From: a virus
Strand: one strand, 5' to 3'
Virus record (IMG/VR): IMGVR_UViG_3300021139_000005
Coordinates: 8,415 to 72,414 of that record
Length of the DNA stretch: 64,000 nucleotides
In this document: piece by piece, positions 9,768-19,800 of the stretch
Layout: each line of letters opens with the position of its first letter
Numbering within the stretch: position 1 is the first letter of the stretch
Made by a program: the position numbers and the translations under genes
Notes under the pieces: model-generated
Database searches by the model: none
What the model was told of the DNA's origin: nothing
The model's input: only the letters and a program-made list of their open reading frames with translations

Positions 9768-11522
9768 ATGTTGGTACCGTCGCAAATATTAGCTGCCCTT
9801 AAACTAAGCAGCGCTGTTGTTTTAAACAATGCAACGGCTCCGTTCAACACGATTCAGACCAGCGATATTACAAACTGGTCTGGTGCTTTGGGTTTAAATC
9901 CTGCAACGGATTCCGCGAAGCTCATATTCAACATAATTAATCCGCTGGGTATTCCGGTCTACACAAACGTAGGCTGGAATACTTCCAGTTTTGCTGCTCC
10001 GGATACAGTGTTCAGCAATACACCTAACCTTACTGGTCCATTGGAGACATTGCCGGTATTGACAGGGAGTCCAACAAATGAGGTTCTTTCAGGAGCCTAT
10101 AGCGTGTATGTAATGTTCTCAGTAGTTCAGGGAGGCAATCCTGCGGTTACCGGGGAGGGGGTGTTCACTACAACCATTAACGCTGACCTGCTGCTGCCTA
10201 ATCCTACGATTACTGGCACCTATGCATGCAACACATCTCCTACAACGTTTACCGCTACAGATACCACGGTTCTTGCAACCACTCTTTATTTATTCTCTTC
10301 AGCGGTTCAGAGCATCACAGTAACTCCACCGGTAGTATCGGGTCAAACTCCTACAACTGCGTCAGGAAACACTGTTACAATCAATAATTTGTGGGCACCG
10401 GCTCCTTATCAGTATAACTCATCAGGAACGATAAACTATACCTTGGGGCTTGATACCTTCGCTGTAAACTATACTCAAAGTGGATATACTGATGTTATAT
10501 GCAACACTGTCCTCTGCGCGATGTACTGCTGGCTTACGCAGATATCTAAGGATTTTGCATGCGAACGTAACGCAACTACTAAGGCGCTTTTAGAGCAGAG
10601 ATTGATATTGGGGGATGTATACTATGCTCAGGCACTAAGGGCGCAGGTTTGCGGTGATTCTGGCGGTTTCCAGAGCGCTATTGCAATGTTCAACAAGGTT
10701 ACCTGGTTTGATGGTAACTGCACTTGCTGTGATAACCTCCCTCCAATGCCGGTTATACCTTCAGGTCAGGTTGGTCCAGCGGGTCAGAATGGTTTGACTC
10801 CTATCTTCCAGTTCGCTGGCGGGTGGTTACAATACAAGTATACTACGGGAACACAGCCATGGACGAATCTTTATCAGCCACCGGCAGGTGTTCCGGGGCC
10901 AGCGGGAGCGAACGGATCGAATGGCGCTGCTATTCTTTGGAATGACTTCACTAATTCGGTTAATACCTTAACCACTCCACAACCTGTTAAAACATATCAG
11001 CTTGCCGGGAATACTGTAGTAGGGATTGGGTCGCAGATTCTCATTTTTACGAGAGCAGAGATTATTCAGGCAAACATAATGACCGCGACAGTAACTTTTG
11101 GCGGTTTAACGCTGGCCACAGCTACATTGAATTTGAATACTGGCCAAAATCCTGAAGTATATTTTGAAATTTCTGTTGCAAATACGGGAGTAGGATTGGG
11201 AGAGGTGGTGTTCAAGATTTATACGCTCGATGCGGGAGGAGGAGTGATGCATCAGGTAATATCAGAACCTACCGGAATTGCACCTGATTGGACGGTAAAC
11301 AACAATATACAATTGGTAATTACTGCCGATTCTACAACAGCACCAGGCGGGGCAGTATGCAAGCAATTAACCGTTAAGTTGGAGCAGATAGGTGTTCCGG
11401 GAGCAGGCTTGGCGCCAGCGGGGATATATGCAAACGATGCTGACGCTGCGGCAAATGGTGTTCCTTTAAACGGATGGTATACAACAGCAGGTAACGGATA
11501 TTTAACTCAAAGACTCACCTAA
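9768..11522 (+). CDS. Virion structural protein (fibre hub/fibre) with a Cys-rich cluster and short collagen-like segments
   Basis: T/N-rich beta sequence, [10 protein letters not shown]...CTCCD, GPAGQNG/GPAGANG; start placed at ATG 9768 after the terminator. Confidence 0.6.
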   Translation: MLVPSQILAALKLSSAVVLNNATAPFNTIQTSDITNWSGALGLNPATDSAKLIFNIINPLGIPVYTNVGWNTSSFAAPDTVFSNTPNLTGPLETLPVLTGSPTNEVLSGAYSVYVMFSVVQGGNPAVTGEGVFTTTINADLLLPNPTITGTYACNTSPTTFTATDTTVLATTLYLFSSAVQSITVTPPVVSGQTPTTASGNTVTINNLWAPAPYQYNSSGTINYTLGLDTFAVNYTQSGYTDVICNTVLCAMYCWLTQISKDFACERNATTKALLEQRLILGDVYYAQALRAQVCGDSGGFQSAIAMFNKVTWFDGNCTCCDNLPPMPVIPSGQVGPAGQNGLTPIFQFAGGWLQYKYTTGTQPWTNLYQPPAGVPGPAGANGSNGAAILWNDFTNSVNTLTTPQPVKTYQLAGNTVVGIGSQILIFTRAEIIQANIMTATVTFGGLTLATATLNLNTGQNPEVYFEISVANTGVGLGEVVFKIYTLDAGGGVMHQVISEPTGIAPDWTVNNNIQLVITADSTTAPGGAVCKQLTVKLEQIGVPGAGLAPAGIYANDADAAANGVPLNGWYTTAGNGYLTQRLT

Positions 11523-13048
11523 TGAAAAAGCTAATTTTCATCTCTTTACTCTTGATGGTAAGAGTATTTGTCAGTGCTCAATATCCTAATGCAATACCTG
11601 GGAAGGGAATCATTGTAAGCCGGTATGATACTTTAAGACAGTCAACTATTGCAGATAGCTTTCATACGGTTGGGCAGGTAATGACCTGTATCGATAAGTA
11701 TGGAGACTTGGTGCTTAAACCGGCTAGTGGTGGTGGCGTAACTGGTCCAACAGGAGCAACAGGAACAGGAGCAACAGGTCCAACAGGACCAGCAGGAGGG
11801 CCAACGGGACCAAGTGGTGGAACCGGAGCAACGGGTCCAAGTGGCGGTCCGGTAGGGCCAACAGGATTAGCAGGCCCAACAGGCGCGGTAGGTGCAACGG
11901 GCATTGCGGGTGCAACCGGTCCAACAGGAAGTATATCAGGAGCATGGTCATTAACAGGAAACGCAGGCACAACACCGGGAACAAACTTTATTGGAACGAC
12001 CGATGGACAAGATTTAGAATTTAAGGTTCATAGTAACTTTGCGGGAATCATAGACCAAGCGAGTTCTAATACATCTATCGGGTATTCATCTAATAGCAAC
12101 AACGGGTCAACTTCTACTGCCATTGGGTATGCCGCTATGCTATATCAAAACTTAACGGCATCAAATAATGTGGGCATTGGTAATCTTGCGCTAGAATCGG
12201 CAGCGGGTTCATCATATAATGTGGCTATTGGTTCTAGGGCAATGGTAAATACTAGCAACGGACAAAGAAACGTTGCAATAGGGTATCAAGCAGGACAGCA
12301 AATATCCACCGGGCAAAGCAACGTAGCGATTGGGTATGGGGTAATGCAACAGTCATTTGCGGGTTCTTATAACGTGGCGATAGGTGCAAACAACCTACCG
12401 TATTGCAATGGATGTAATCAGAATACATCATTAGGTCTAGGCGCATTAAATAGTGTTGCAAATGGCACTCTTAATACCGGTGTAGGATATGGTGCAGATA
12501 TTGTAGGTAATGGGCAAACAGAATCTACTGCGATAGGAGCAGAGGCTGTTGTTGGTGAAAGTTACGCAATCTCATTAGGCGATACAACAAACTCTTTGCA
12601 GGTAGGTATAGGAACAGCTTATCCACAAGCGTTACTTGACCTGGAAGTTGGTTCGGCTCAATCAGGAGAGGTAGGGTTTAGGTTACACGATGGGACACAG
12701 GGAACGGGCAAGGTGCTCACTTCAGATGCAAATGGTAATGCCTCATGGGTATCATCCCCATCCTTAAATGCCCAAATCGATACCGTCACTAATCTTACCG
12801 GCTCAACTCTAACCCTAACCAAAAACGTATTCAATATCGTTACGAGCGCATCACAGATTTTATCTATAACGCTTGCTTTGCCGGCAGGAGTAACGGGGGA
12901 TGCTATAGGTGTTCAGCTTATTTACGCGACAGCTAACCTGATAGCAATAAGTGGCGCAAATACGGGAACGATTTCAACGATACAGCACACAAACGTAAAA
13001 AACGGGTATCAAATTATTTTACATAACATCAACGGAAACTGGTATTGA
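11522..13048 (+). CDS. Collagen-like/YadA-head-like fibre protein with Sec signal peptide
   Basis: [19 protein letters not shown]|Q, G-X-T repeats, [15 protein letters not shown], NxAIG repeats. Confidence 0.75.
   Translation: MKKLIFISLLLMVRVFVSAQYPNAIPGKGIIVSRYDTLRQSTIADSFHTVGQVMTCIDKYGDLVLKPASGGGVTGPTGATGTGATGPTGPAGGPTGPSGGTGATGPSGGPVGPTGLAGPTGAVGATGIAGATGPTGSISGAWSLTGNAGTTPGTNFIGTTDGQDLEFKVHSNFAGIIDQASSNTSIGYSSNSNNGSTSTAIGYAAMLYQNLTASNNVGIGNLALESAAGSSYNVAIGSRAMVNTSNGQRNVAIGYQAGQQISTGQSNVAIGYGVMQQSFAGSYNVAIGANNLPYCNGCNQNTSLGLGALNSVANGTLNTGVGYGADIVGNGQTESTAIGAEAVVGESYAISLGDTTNSLQVGIGTAYPQALLDLEVGSAQSGEVGFRLHDGTQGTGKVLTSDANGNASWVSSPSLNAQIDTVTNLTGSTLTLTKNVFNIVTSASQILSITLALPAGVTGDAIGVQLIYATANLIAISGANTGTISTIQHTNVKNGYQIILHNINGNWY
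11729..11932 (+). repeat. Collagen-like G-X-T coding repeats
   Basis: GPTGATG... triplets. Confidence 0.85.
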
Positions 13049-13049
13049 C

Positions 13050-14504
13050 ATGCGAACACTAACTTTTATCATCGCCCTTCTATTTGACCTTGCCGTTTAC
13101 GCGCAGGGCACTGTTTTTATGGTACCTGCCATACCGAGTGGAGGTCAGGTGTATCCAATGGATAGCACAGCGTCTCCATCAGCGGTATACGTTGGAACCG
13201 GTAATGCAGCGGTGAACCTGGGAAGCAACAGTTATTCGTTGCAGTTCAATGGAACACCACCGTCAGGGACACAGTTTATTTGCCGTTTCGATGCGACACA
13301 GTTAACGGCGGTGGCAGCGAATGTTTCGATATTCGGTTTAACTCCATTGGTAGACTATCCTAATCAGGGTGTTTACTACATCAGATATTTGGTATCAGGA
13401 ACAAGACCCAACAATAAGACGGTGTATGTAAGTTATACAAGCAGCATGGTACAGTTGCAGAATGTCAATGGAACGGTAACTTTTAATGGTGGCGTTTATA
13501 GCAACGATAGCCTTGTGGCAAAACGGTTCAGGTTGAGTCCACAGACATCATTAACACCTGGCAATGCAATAATCAACGGAGATAGTTCAGGAAATACAAA
13601 GTGGGGGTGTCCGGCATGCTCATGGGGCGTTCTTGGAAACACAGGGTTAAATGGCTCAATTAATTTTTGGGGAACCACAGATACGTCCAGCTTGAGTATC
13701 AGACTGAATAATCTACCGGCAGGAATTCTCAGCTACAATAACCTTAATAGTGCTATTGGGATAGCTTCTCTTTATCAAAATACATCTGGTACTAACAATA
13801 CGGCATTTGGTGCAGACGCGCTAAAGTCTGTGACATCTGGATCGAATAACACTGGATTAGGTTATAATACCTTGGCACTTACATCAACTGGTGGGAATAA
13901 TACTGGAGTAGGAGCGACATCTTTAAGTGGGCTAACTACAGGCAGTTACAATATTGGAATTGGAGCAACATCAACACAGGCCAGCAATACGCAATATAGT
14001 GTTGCAATTGGTCAGGGAACAACTGCAGCAAGCTATAGCATGGCTTTAGGTCCAAATGCGATTGCACAGAGTCAGAATCAGCTTGCTTTAAGCCCGAACT
14101 ATCAGAATATATTATGGCAAGGCCACCCATCGGCAATAAACTATTTCCTTGGTGATTCAACAGGAAGTGGTAACCTTGTTCTAATGGCATTACCAGGTAG
14201 TGGGGAAACATACTTTACCCCCGTTACCGGCGATAGCATTCTACCTCTGACTCAGGATATCGGAGTTAATCCCGCTGGAACATTGGCCAATCTTACCATC
14301 ATTATGCCGGCGCTGTCATCTGGTATTACCAAGATTGCAATCAGCACCAGCCAGGTAATTACGAGCCTTCACTACAGCGTAATACTTGAGGCGGGAAGCA
14401 CAGTAAGTCCTAACGCTCCTGCATCTATTTTAACTGTTACCGGAGGTCAGGGTGTAGTGCATCTAAAGTATCAGCCGAACACCTCAAGCTGGCAACCGTA
14501 TTAA
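13050..14504 (+). CDS. Fibre/adhesin-like protein with Sec signal peptide
   Basis: MRTLTFIIALLFDLAVYA|Q, WGVLGNTG..NFWGTTD, NTAFG/NTGLG repeats. Confidence 0.7.
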   Translation: MRTLTFIIALLFDLAVYAQGTVFMVPAIPSGGQVYPMDSTASPSAVYVGTGNAAVNLGSNSYSLQFNGTPPSGTQFICRFDATQLTAVAANVSIFGLTPLVDYPNQGVYYIRYLVSGTRPNNKTVYVSYTSSMVQLQNVNGTVTFNGGVYSNDSLVAKRFRLSPQTSLTPGNAIINGDSSGNTKWGCPACSWGVLGNTGLNGSINFWGTTDTSSLSIRLNNLPAGILSYNNLNSAIGIASLYQNTSGTNNTAFGADALKSVTSGSNNTGLGYNTLALTSTGGNNTGVGATSLSGLTTGSYNIGIGATSTQASNTQYSVAIGQGTTAASYSMALGPNAIAQSQNQLALSPNYQNILWQGHPSAINYFLGDSTGSGNLVLMALPGSGETYFTPVTGDSILPLTQDIGVNPAGTLANLTIIMPALSSGITKIAISTSQVITSLHYSVILEAGSTVSPNAPASILTVTGGQGVVHLKYQPNTSSWQPY

Positions 14505-14510
14505 TTTTGA

Positions 14511-14518
14511 TACCTTTG
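14511..14518 (+). promoter_or_regulatory. -7 promoter element TACCTTTG, 4 nt before ATG
   Basis: TAnnTTTG consensus. Confidence 0.65.
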
Positions 14519-14522
14519 AACC

Positions 14523-15236
14523 ATGGACGTAAATCAGCTTTGGTTATGGATGCAATTTTTAACCAAAAAATTACTTTCTGGTGAGATTCAGCCTGATGCA
14601 TTCAATCTCGCGCTGAATGCGGTTAACATCGACTTCTTCAATTTAAAGTGTGGTCTTCCACAGGAGTATCAGCCTAATCATCCAATGCCAAGGCAAGCGT
14701 ATGAGGTTAGCACCAGGATAACTGATGATATTCAGCACCTTCGTAAGAGAGCAACCATTGCAAATAATGGGTTCAACATTTATACCATCCCAACAGATTA
14801 CGGAGCCTTTTCTTCTATGAGATACCCAAGGTATATTCAGAAGAGAGGTGTACAGAGCATTGATTGGAGAACGATTGATATCCTGACCGATGAGGATTAC
14901 AACGAACGGTTGGAGTCAAATTTATTGCCTATTACCGCAAAGAGTCCTTTTGGATGCTACGTTCAGACGGTTAGTGGAACTGGTTGGGAGGTTCCGTTGT
15001 CAGACATTACCACTATTCAATTAACCTATCTGAGATTACCGAATACACCGGTATTTGGGTATAACATGGTTAACGATGAGCCGGTTTATGTTCCTGCAGC
15101 GTCAACACAACTTGATTGGCCGGTAACCTGTCATCAGGACTTCGTGATTGCACTGTGCAGGTATGTCGGTATCTACCTCAATGCTCCTGAGATATTGCAG
15201 ATGCTTGGAGCCAGGGCACAGTCAGGACAGGCCTAA
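14523..15236 (+). CDS. Head-tail ring/adaptor protein
   Basis: Adaptor-like features (LTYLRLPNTP, QLDWP...HQDFV); position before the muzzle gene. Confidence 0.6.
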   Translation: MDVNQLWLWMQFLTKKLLSGEIQPDAFNLALNAVNIDFFNLKCGLPQEYQPNHPMPRQAYEVSTRITDDIQHLRKRATIANNGFNIYTIPTDYGAFSSMRYPRYIQKRGVQSIDWRTIDILTDEDYNERLESNLLPITAKSPFGCYVQTVSGTGWEVPLSDITTIQLTYLRLPNTPVFGYNMVNDEPVYVPAASTQLDWPVTCHQDFVIALCRYVGIYLNAPEILQMLGARAQSGQA

Positions 15237-15260
15237 TAAACTTAGCCTTATATTTGAGCC

Positions 15261-15866
15261 ATGGAAATAGAGAAATACGCAGAACTCGCTACCAGGGCAC
15301 TCGGTTTCAACAATAATGAGCGTATTGAGGAGAGGGATGTGCTGGGTATCGCGGAGGTGGTTCTCGGAGAACTGATCAAGGAGATGCTGAGCAATGGAGG
15401 CGGTTTGACTGCTGAGTATTACCACCGGTTCACATCAACATTGGAGTTCGATACTCAAATGAAGCTCCCTTTCATCTACAAGCCATGCGACATTTTAAAC
15501 CTTCCAAAGCATCAGTCTTATCGTTACGTTGGTACAGGTGATATTGAGAACTCGTTCATCCCGATGACATGGGGTGAGATAGCAACCTACAGCCGGTTAG
15601 AGGCTGGTCAGGCAGGCGGCAGAACAGTATTTGCTCCGCTGGGTGACAAGATTTACTTCCGCTACATGCAGGAGCCAAAGCCTTGTGAGATTGTTACTAT
15701 GATAGTTCCTTCATTGCTGTGGCTGTATGATAACCGCGATAACGTAAACTTCGTTGGAACCACTGATGTGGAGGGTGTTCTGTTTGACCAGGTGTTGCAG
15801 AAGCTGCAGTTACGCAAACAGATGCCGGTAGACAATTACAATAACAATAGCCCCGATAACAAATGA
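15261..15866 (+). CDS. Putative tail ring protein
   Basis: Synteny and size; own TATATTTG element at 15249-15256. Confidence 0.5.
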   Translation: MEIEKYAELATRALGFNNNERIEERDVLGIAEVVLGELIKEMLSNGGGLTAEYYHRFTSTLEFDTQMKLPFIYKPCDILNLPKHQSYRYVGTGDIENSFIPMTWGEIATYSRLEAGQAGGRTVFAPLGDKIYFRYMQEPKPCEIVTMIVPSLLWLYDNRDNVNFVGTTDVEGVLFDQVLQKLQLRKQMPVDNYNNNSPDNK

Positions 15867-16810
15867 GACACGAAGAAGAAAAAGCCGGTGTTTGGTTAAA
15901 GGACCTGTGGTATGTTGTAGAGTCTGTAAAGGCGAACTTCGGCATAGACTCAACCTCTTTTGACATCAAGTTCTTCAAGTGGGCCATGGATGTTTACCGG
16001 GATATGAGTCTTGCTAACGTGATGAAGTCTGCATCCAGGACGATCCACATCCCTATTCCAAAGTACTATTTCGAAGATGAGAATCAGCAGGAGCCGGCAG
16101 TTTGGCCGCCAGTAGGGCCACCACAGGGTTACCATGTAAAGAGGCAGCATAAAAAGATCAGGATTCAATTACCGGTAGACTTTATCGATTACCAGCAGGT
16201 TGGTATCGATTGCCATGGCTATATCCAGCCCTTAGATTACAATGAAAGGATAATAACCACAGAGATGCCCGTAAGCAACTGCTGTGGGGACGAACTGGAG
16301 CAACAACTGGAAAGAGACCGGCTGTGCAACTGCGGGGGAGAAAGTCCTCACGGTGGTTTCATAGGTGACGGATATTACGATTGGGGTTTCAGTCCTTTCT
16401 GGAAGAACGGTCAATTTGTTGGAGGGGCCTATGGCCGGTCAGCGTATCGTTACAAGGGAGCCTTCACAATCGATTGGGATACCAGGGAGATTGTTCTGGA
16501 TAGGTGCACACATCCTCGCCACGGCATCGTCCTGACGTATTTAAGCAACGGAATAGGCGAAGGCAATGTCAACATACAGAACGGAACAGAAGATGCGCTA
16601 ATTGCAGGCGTAGAGGCTAAGAAGGCATATTACGAGTTCCAGGCAAAGCCTGCAAGGGAGCAGGGAAAGGTAGGGATGGCTTTTGTTTCCTTGGCTGATA
16701 AGAAATATCACAAACACGTTAAGAGGGTAAATGCCAGAAAAATGGCCATGACCACGGATGAAATCCGAAATGCATGGAATCGTTCCATCAAGCAGTCTCC
16801 TAAACGATAG
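15863..16810 (+). CDS. Putative tail ring/tubular protein
   Basis: LPVDFIDY..VG and IVLTYLSNG segments typical of crAss-like ring proteins; synteny. Confidence 0.55.
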   Translation: MRHEEEKAGVWLKDLWYVVESVKANFGIDSTSFDIKFFKWAMDVYRDMSLANVMKSASRTIHIPIPKYYFEDENQQEPAVWPPVGPPQGYHVKRQHKKIRIQLPVDFIDYQQVGIDCHGYIQPLDYNERIITTEMPVSNCCGDELEQQLERDRLCNCGGESPHGGFIGDGYYDWGFSPFWKNGQFVGGAYGRSAYRYKGAFTIDWDTREIVLDRCTHPRHGIVLTYLSNGIGEGNVNIQNGTEDALIAGVEAKKAYYEFQAKPAREQGKVGMAFVSLADKKYHKHVKRVNARKMAMTTDEIRNAWNRSIKQSPKR

Positions 16811-16838
16811 TAGTATATTTGGGGCATAAAATCCCAAT

Positions 16839-19800
16839 ATGGCTGACAATCCTTCGATTAAGTTAATCTCCATAGGAGGCTTGGACCTAGATTCTGATCC
16901 ATCTAAAATAGCCAACACCGACTACCTCATCGCGTATAACATGCGTAACAGCATCAGTTATGGCAATCAACAGGAGGTTCCGTGTAACATGAACGGGAAC
17001 GAACTGGTCGCTTATACACTTGGGAACGCCACCTATCAGTGCCTTGGTAGCCTGGAGGACAAACAGAACAGCATCTTTTACTTCGTATGGGCATCTGACG
17101 GTAAGCACAGGGTCCTCAGATATTACCCTGGTAATGTGAGTGTGAACCCGCTGGGTGAGATACAACTGGTCTATGAATACAACTTTGGATGGTCTCAATA
17201 TGAGAGAATCACCGGCATTGATTTTGTAAACGAGCAGTTGCTGTATTGGGTGGATAGCGTAAAGCCTCGCAAAATAGATGTGGTTAAGGGTAATACCACT
17301 AACAAATTCAAGACATGGGACATCACCATGCCGGTTAACGCATCAGGAGCCTATGGGTTCGTTATAGATGCGGTAAACCTCAACACCGGAGCGATTACAT
17401 CTCAGATAGTAAATATCAGCGGAACCAACAGGGAGGCGATACTTCAGGCGCTGGCCACGGCCATCAATACCCAGGGACTTCAGAATATATTCAACGCTGA
17501 GGCCTGCAGTTGCAGTGTAACCCTTACGGAGAAGGTGGCAAATACCTACAACGTTATCTTCTCGCTGCCTGATTTTAAGGTAGTACCACTGAATTGGTAT
17601 GGGGTAAACCTGATTGACCGGTTCAGCGATGCATGCAAGTATCCCAACCAATATCCACCGCTGGTAACATACATACAGGATGCAACGAAAAACTTCAACT
17701 TCGTAAAGGGGCACGTATTTCAATTCAGGACTGAGTATATCTTCGACAACTACGAGCAGAGCGTTCTGAGCCCTATTTCGAATATCGCGGTGAATAATCT
17801 GAACTGCGATGGAACAAACAATATCCTGTACAATGCCATCGAGGTAAACTTCAACGATTCGCTTCTTCTTGATCCAAACACATGGGTATTGGTAAAGAAG
17901 GTCAATGTGATGGTCCGGGAATTAAACACCGGTAATTGGCTCCAAATTAACCAACTTGACTACTGTGACTTCATCTACCAGGTAGGCCTGAATACAGTTT
18001 GTAAGTGCGACTTCTACAACAATGAGCTGCCGCTATCTGTACCACAGGTGCTGGCTGGTCAAAATTTCGATAACCTTCCAATAAAGGCAAATGCTCAGAA
18101 GTTTGCCAGTAACCAGCTTGCTTATGGTGGGATTACGGAGAACTATACAGGACCGGACTGCGTGGAGGCTGACTATCGCATCACAATAGGGCCAACTCCA
18201 GACAAAAAACTGTATAAAGTTACTTTCAAAATACGGGTATTATCAATTCCACTATTTCCCGGCCCAACAGGAAACACAGAAAACCTACCTAGTCTTTATC
18301 CATTTTTCAACACATCTCCATTTTGGAACCCATCTGACAATAACCTAAATTATACTATCCAAAGGGGGATTATAGGGCATGACACCAGTAGAAATACACC
18401 ATTTCAACAGTTTTATGGTGGGGGTGGGTTTAGTGGTAATAATGCGAACGATTTTGGGATAAGATCCGGAATGGAAACAACATGGGATCAGAGAATACCA
18501 ATGGGAGGGTGGCCAATCTACCTAGCAGGAACTCCTTTTTACGGAATATCTAGGCAAGTGAATATAAATCTTCCAATTGATGGCACCGGGGCATTAGACA
18601 CCTCTACGGCAGCTTTTCGGCAGGCAATAGGCGCATATCTATTGTCTGGTGGTGATGTGTTCAGTGAGGTGACCATGCTTGTTCCCGAGGGGGAATACAT
18701 AGCAAGAGCAGCAAGCCACTGGTGTGGGATAAATGACCCATTAGGTAAGGGGTTTCTTTATGATTTGAATGGTACAGCATGGCAGAAGACTTCGGCAAAC
18801 GTATGGGGGGTATATGCCCCTGGGAGTGGAACTCAGCCAATGTTTACACCCAATTCTTGGCAGTTTACCAAAGAAATAAAAATTGTAGTTACTGGGGATA
18901 TGCCAGATGCGGGAACATTCTTAATAGCGGACCTTGCGCCACCATTTTTTGTAGACCCCACACCGGGAACAGGTACAACTACTTGGATGCCAATCAACGC
19001 ATATCTGTATGATTCTAATAATAATGGTGCAGTTGATACCGATGTAAATGATATTCAGTTTAATGGAATTCCGGTAGAGAAGACCATCATTGAGTATGTT
19101 GGAACCAATGCACCTGACGGAACATTTGATCCAGCAGACGCAATATTTAATTCATGCACTACTGACGCTAATGGCTACTGGTTCGGGATAAGTCCTAAGC
19201 AACCAATCAATAATGCGGTACCGCCATTTGACAGCCATAATGCTGTTGGATTAGCAGGTCAGTTTTCTTTCAGGGCCCTGCAGATAAACAGCAATATTAT
19301 ATCCAATACAACTTTATTTTGGAATGGTTCTTTGTCGGCCATGATTACCAAAACTATGTCTCCGATAGACTTTAACTTGGCGGTATCAAACTCATTGGTT
19401 TTTGGGGTTCTAACTACAACAAACGGAACAGGAAGAACATCCTGCGCTGCAACTATAAAGGGCAGTGTATTTAATTTGCTAAACCAACCTCTTCCTGGGA
19501 TTGCAGTTATTTACCAAAACGGGGCCACAGGATATACCAACACAAACGGGGCATTTGAACTATTATCCTGGGGAGATCAGGTAACTCCAAACATAAATAT
19601 ATTCAAGTTCCTAAATCGTGCCTTTGCAAGCGGCACAGGAAGGACCGTTGATGTACTTCTATATCAGGCAAACCCTCTTTGTATAACGGCCTATCCGAAC
19701 GGCCATGAGTCTGTTGCCCTGAATGTTAATCCCATTAATACGAACCCATCATTACTTCAGGGACCTCCTTACTCAGAGACAGCGTTTTTCCTTGCGCTTG

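Noticed and set aside
9768-14504. Diversity-generating retroelement targeting the fibre genes
   Set aside because: No reverse transcriptase and no template/variable repeat pair seen
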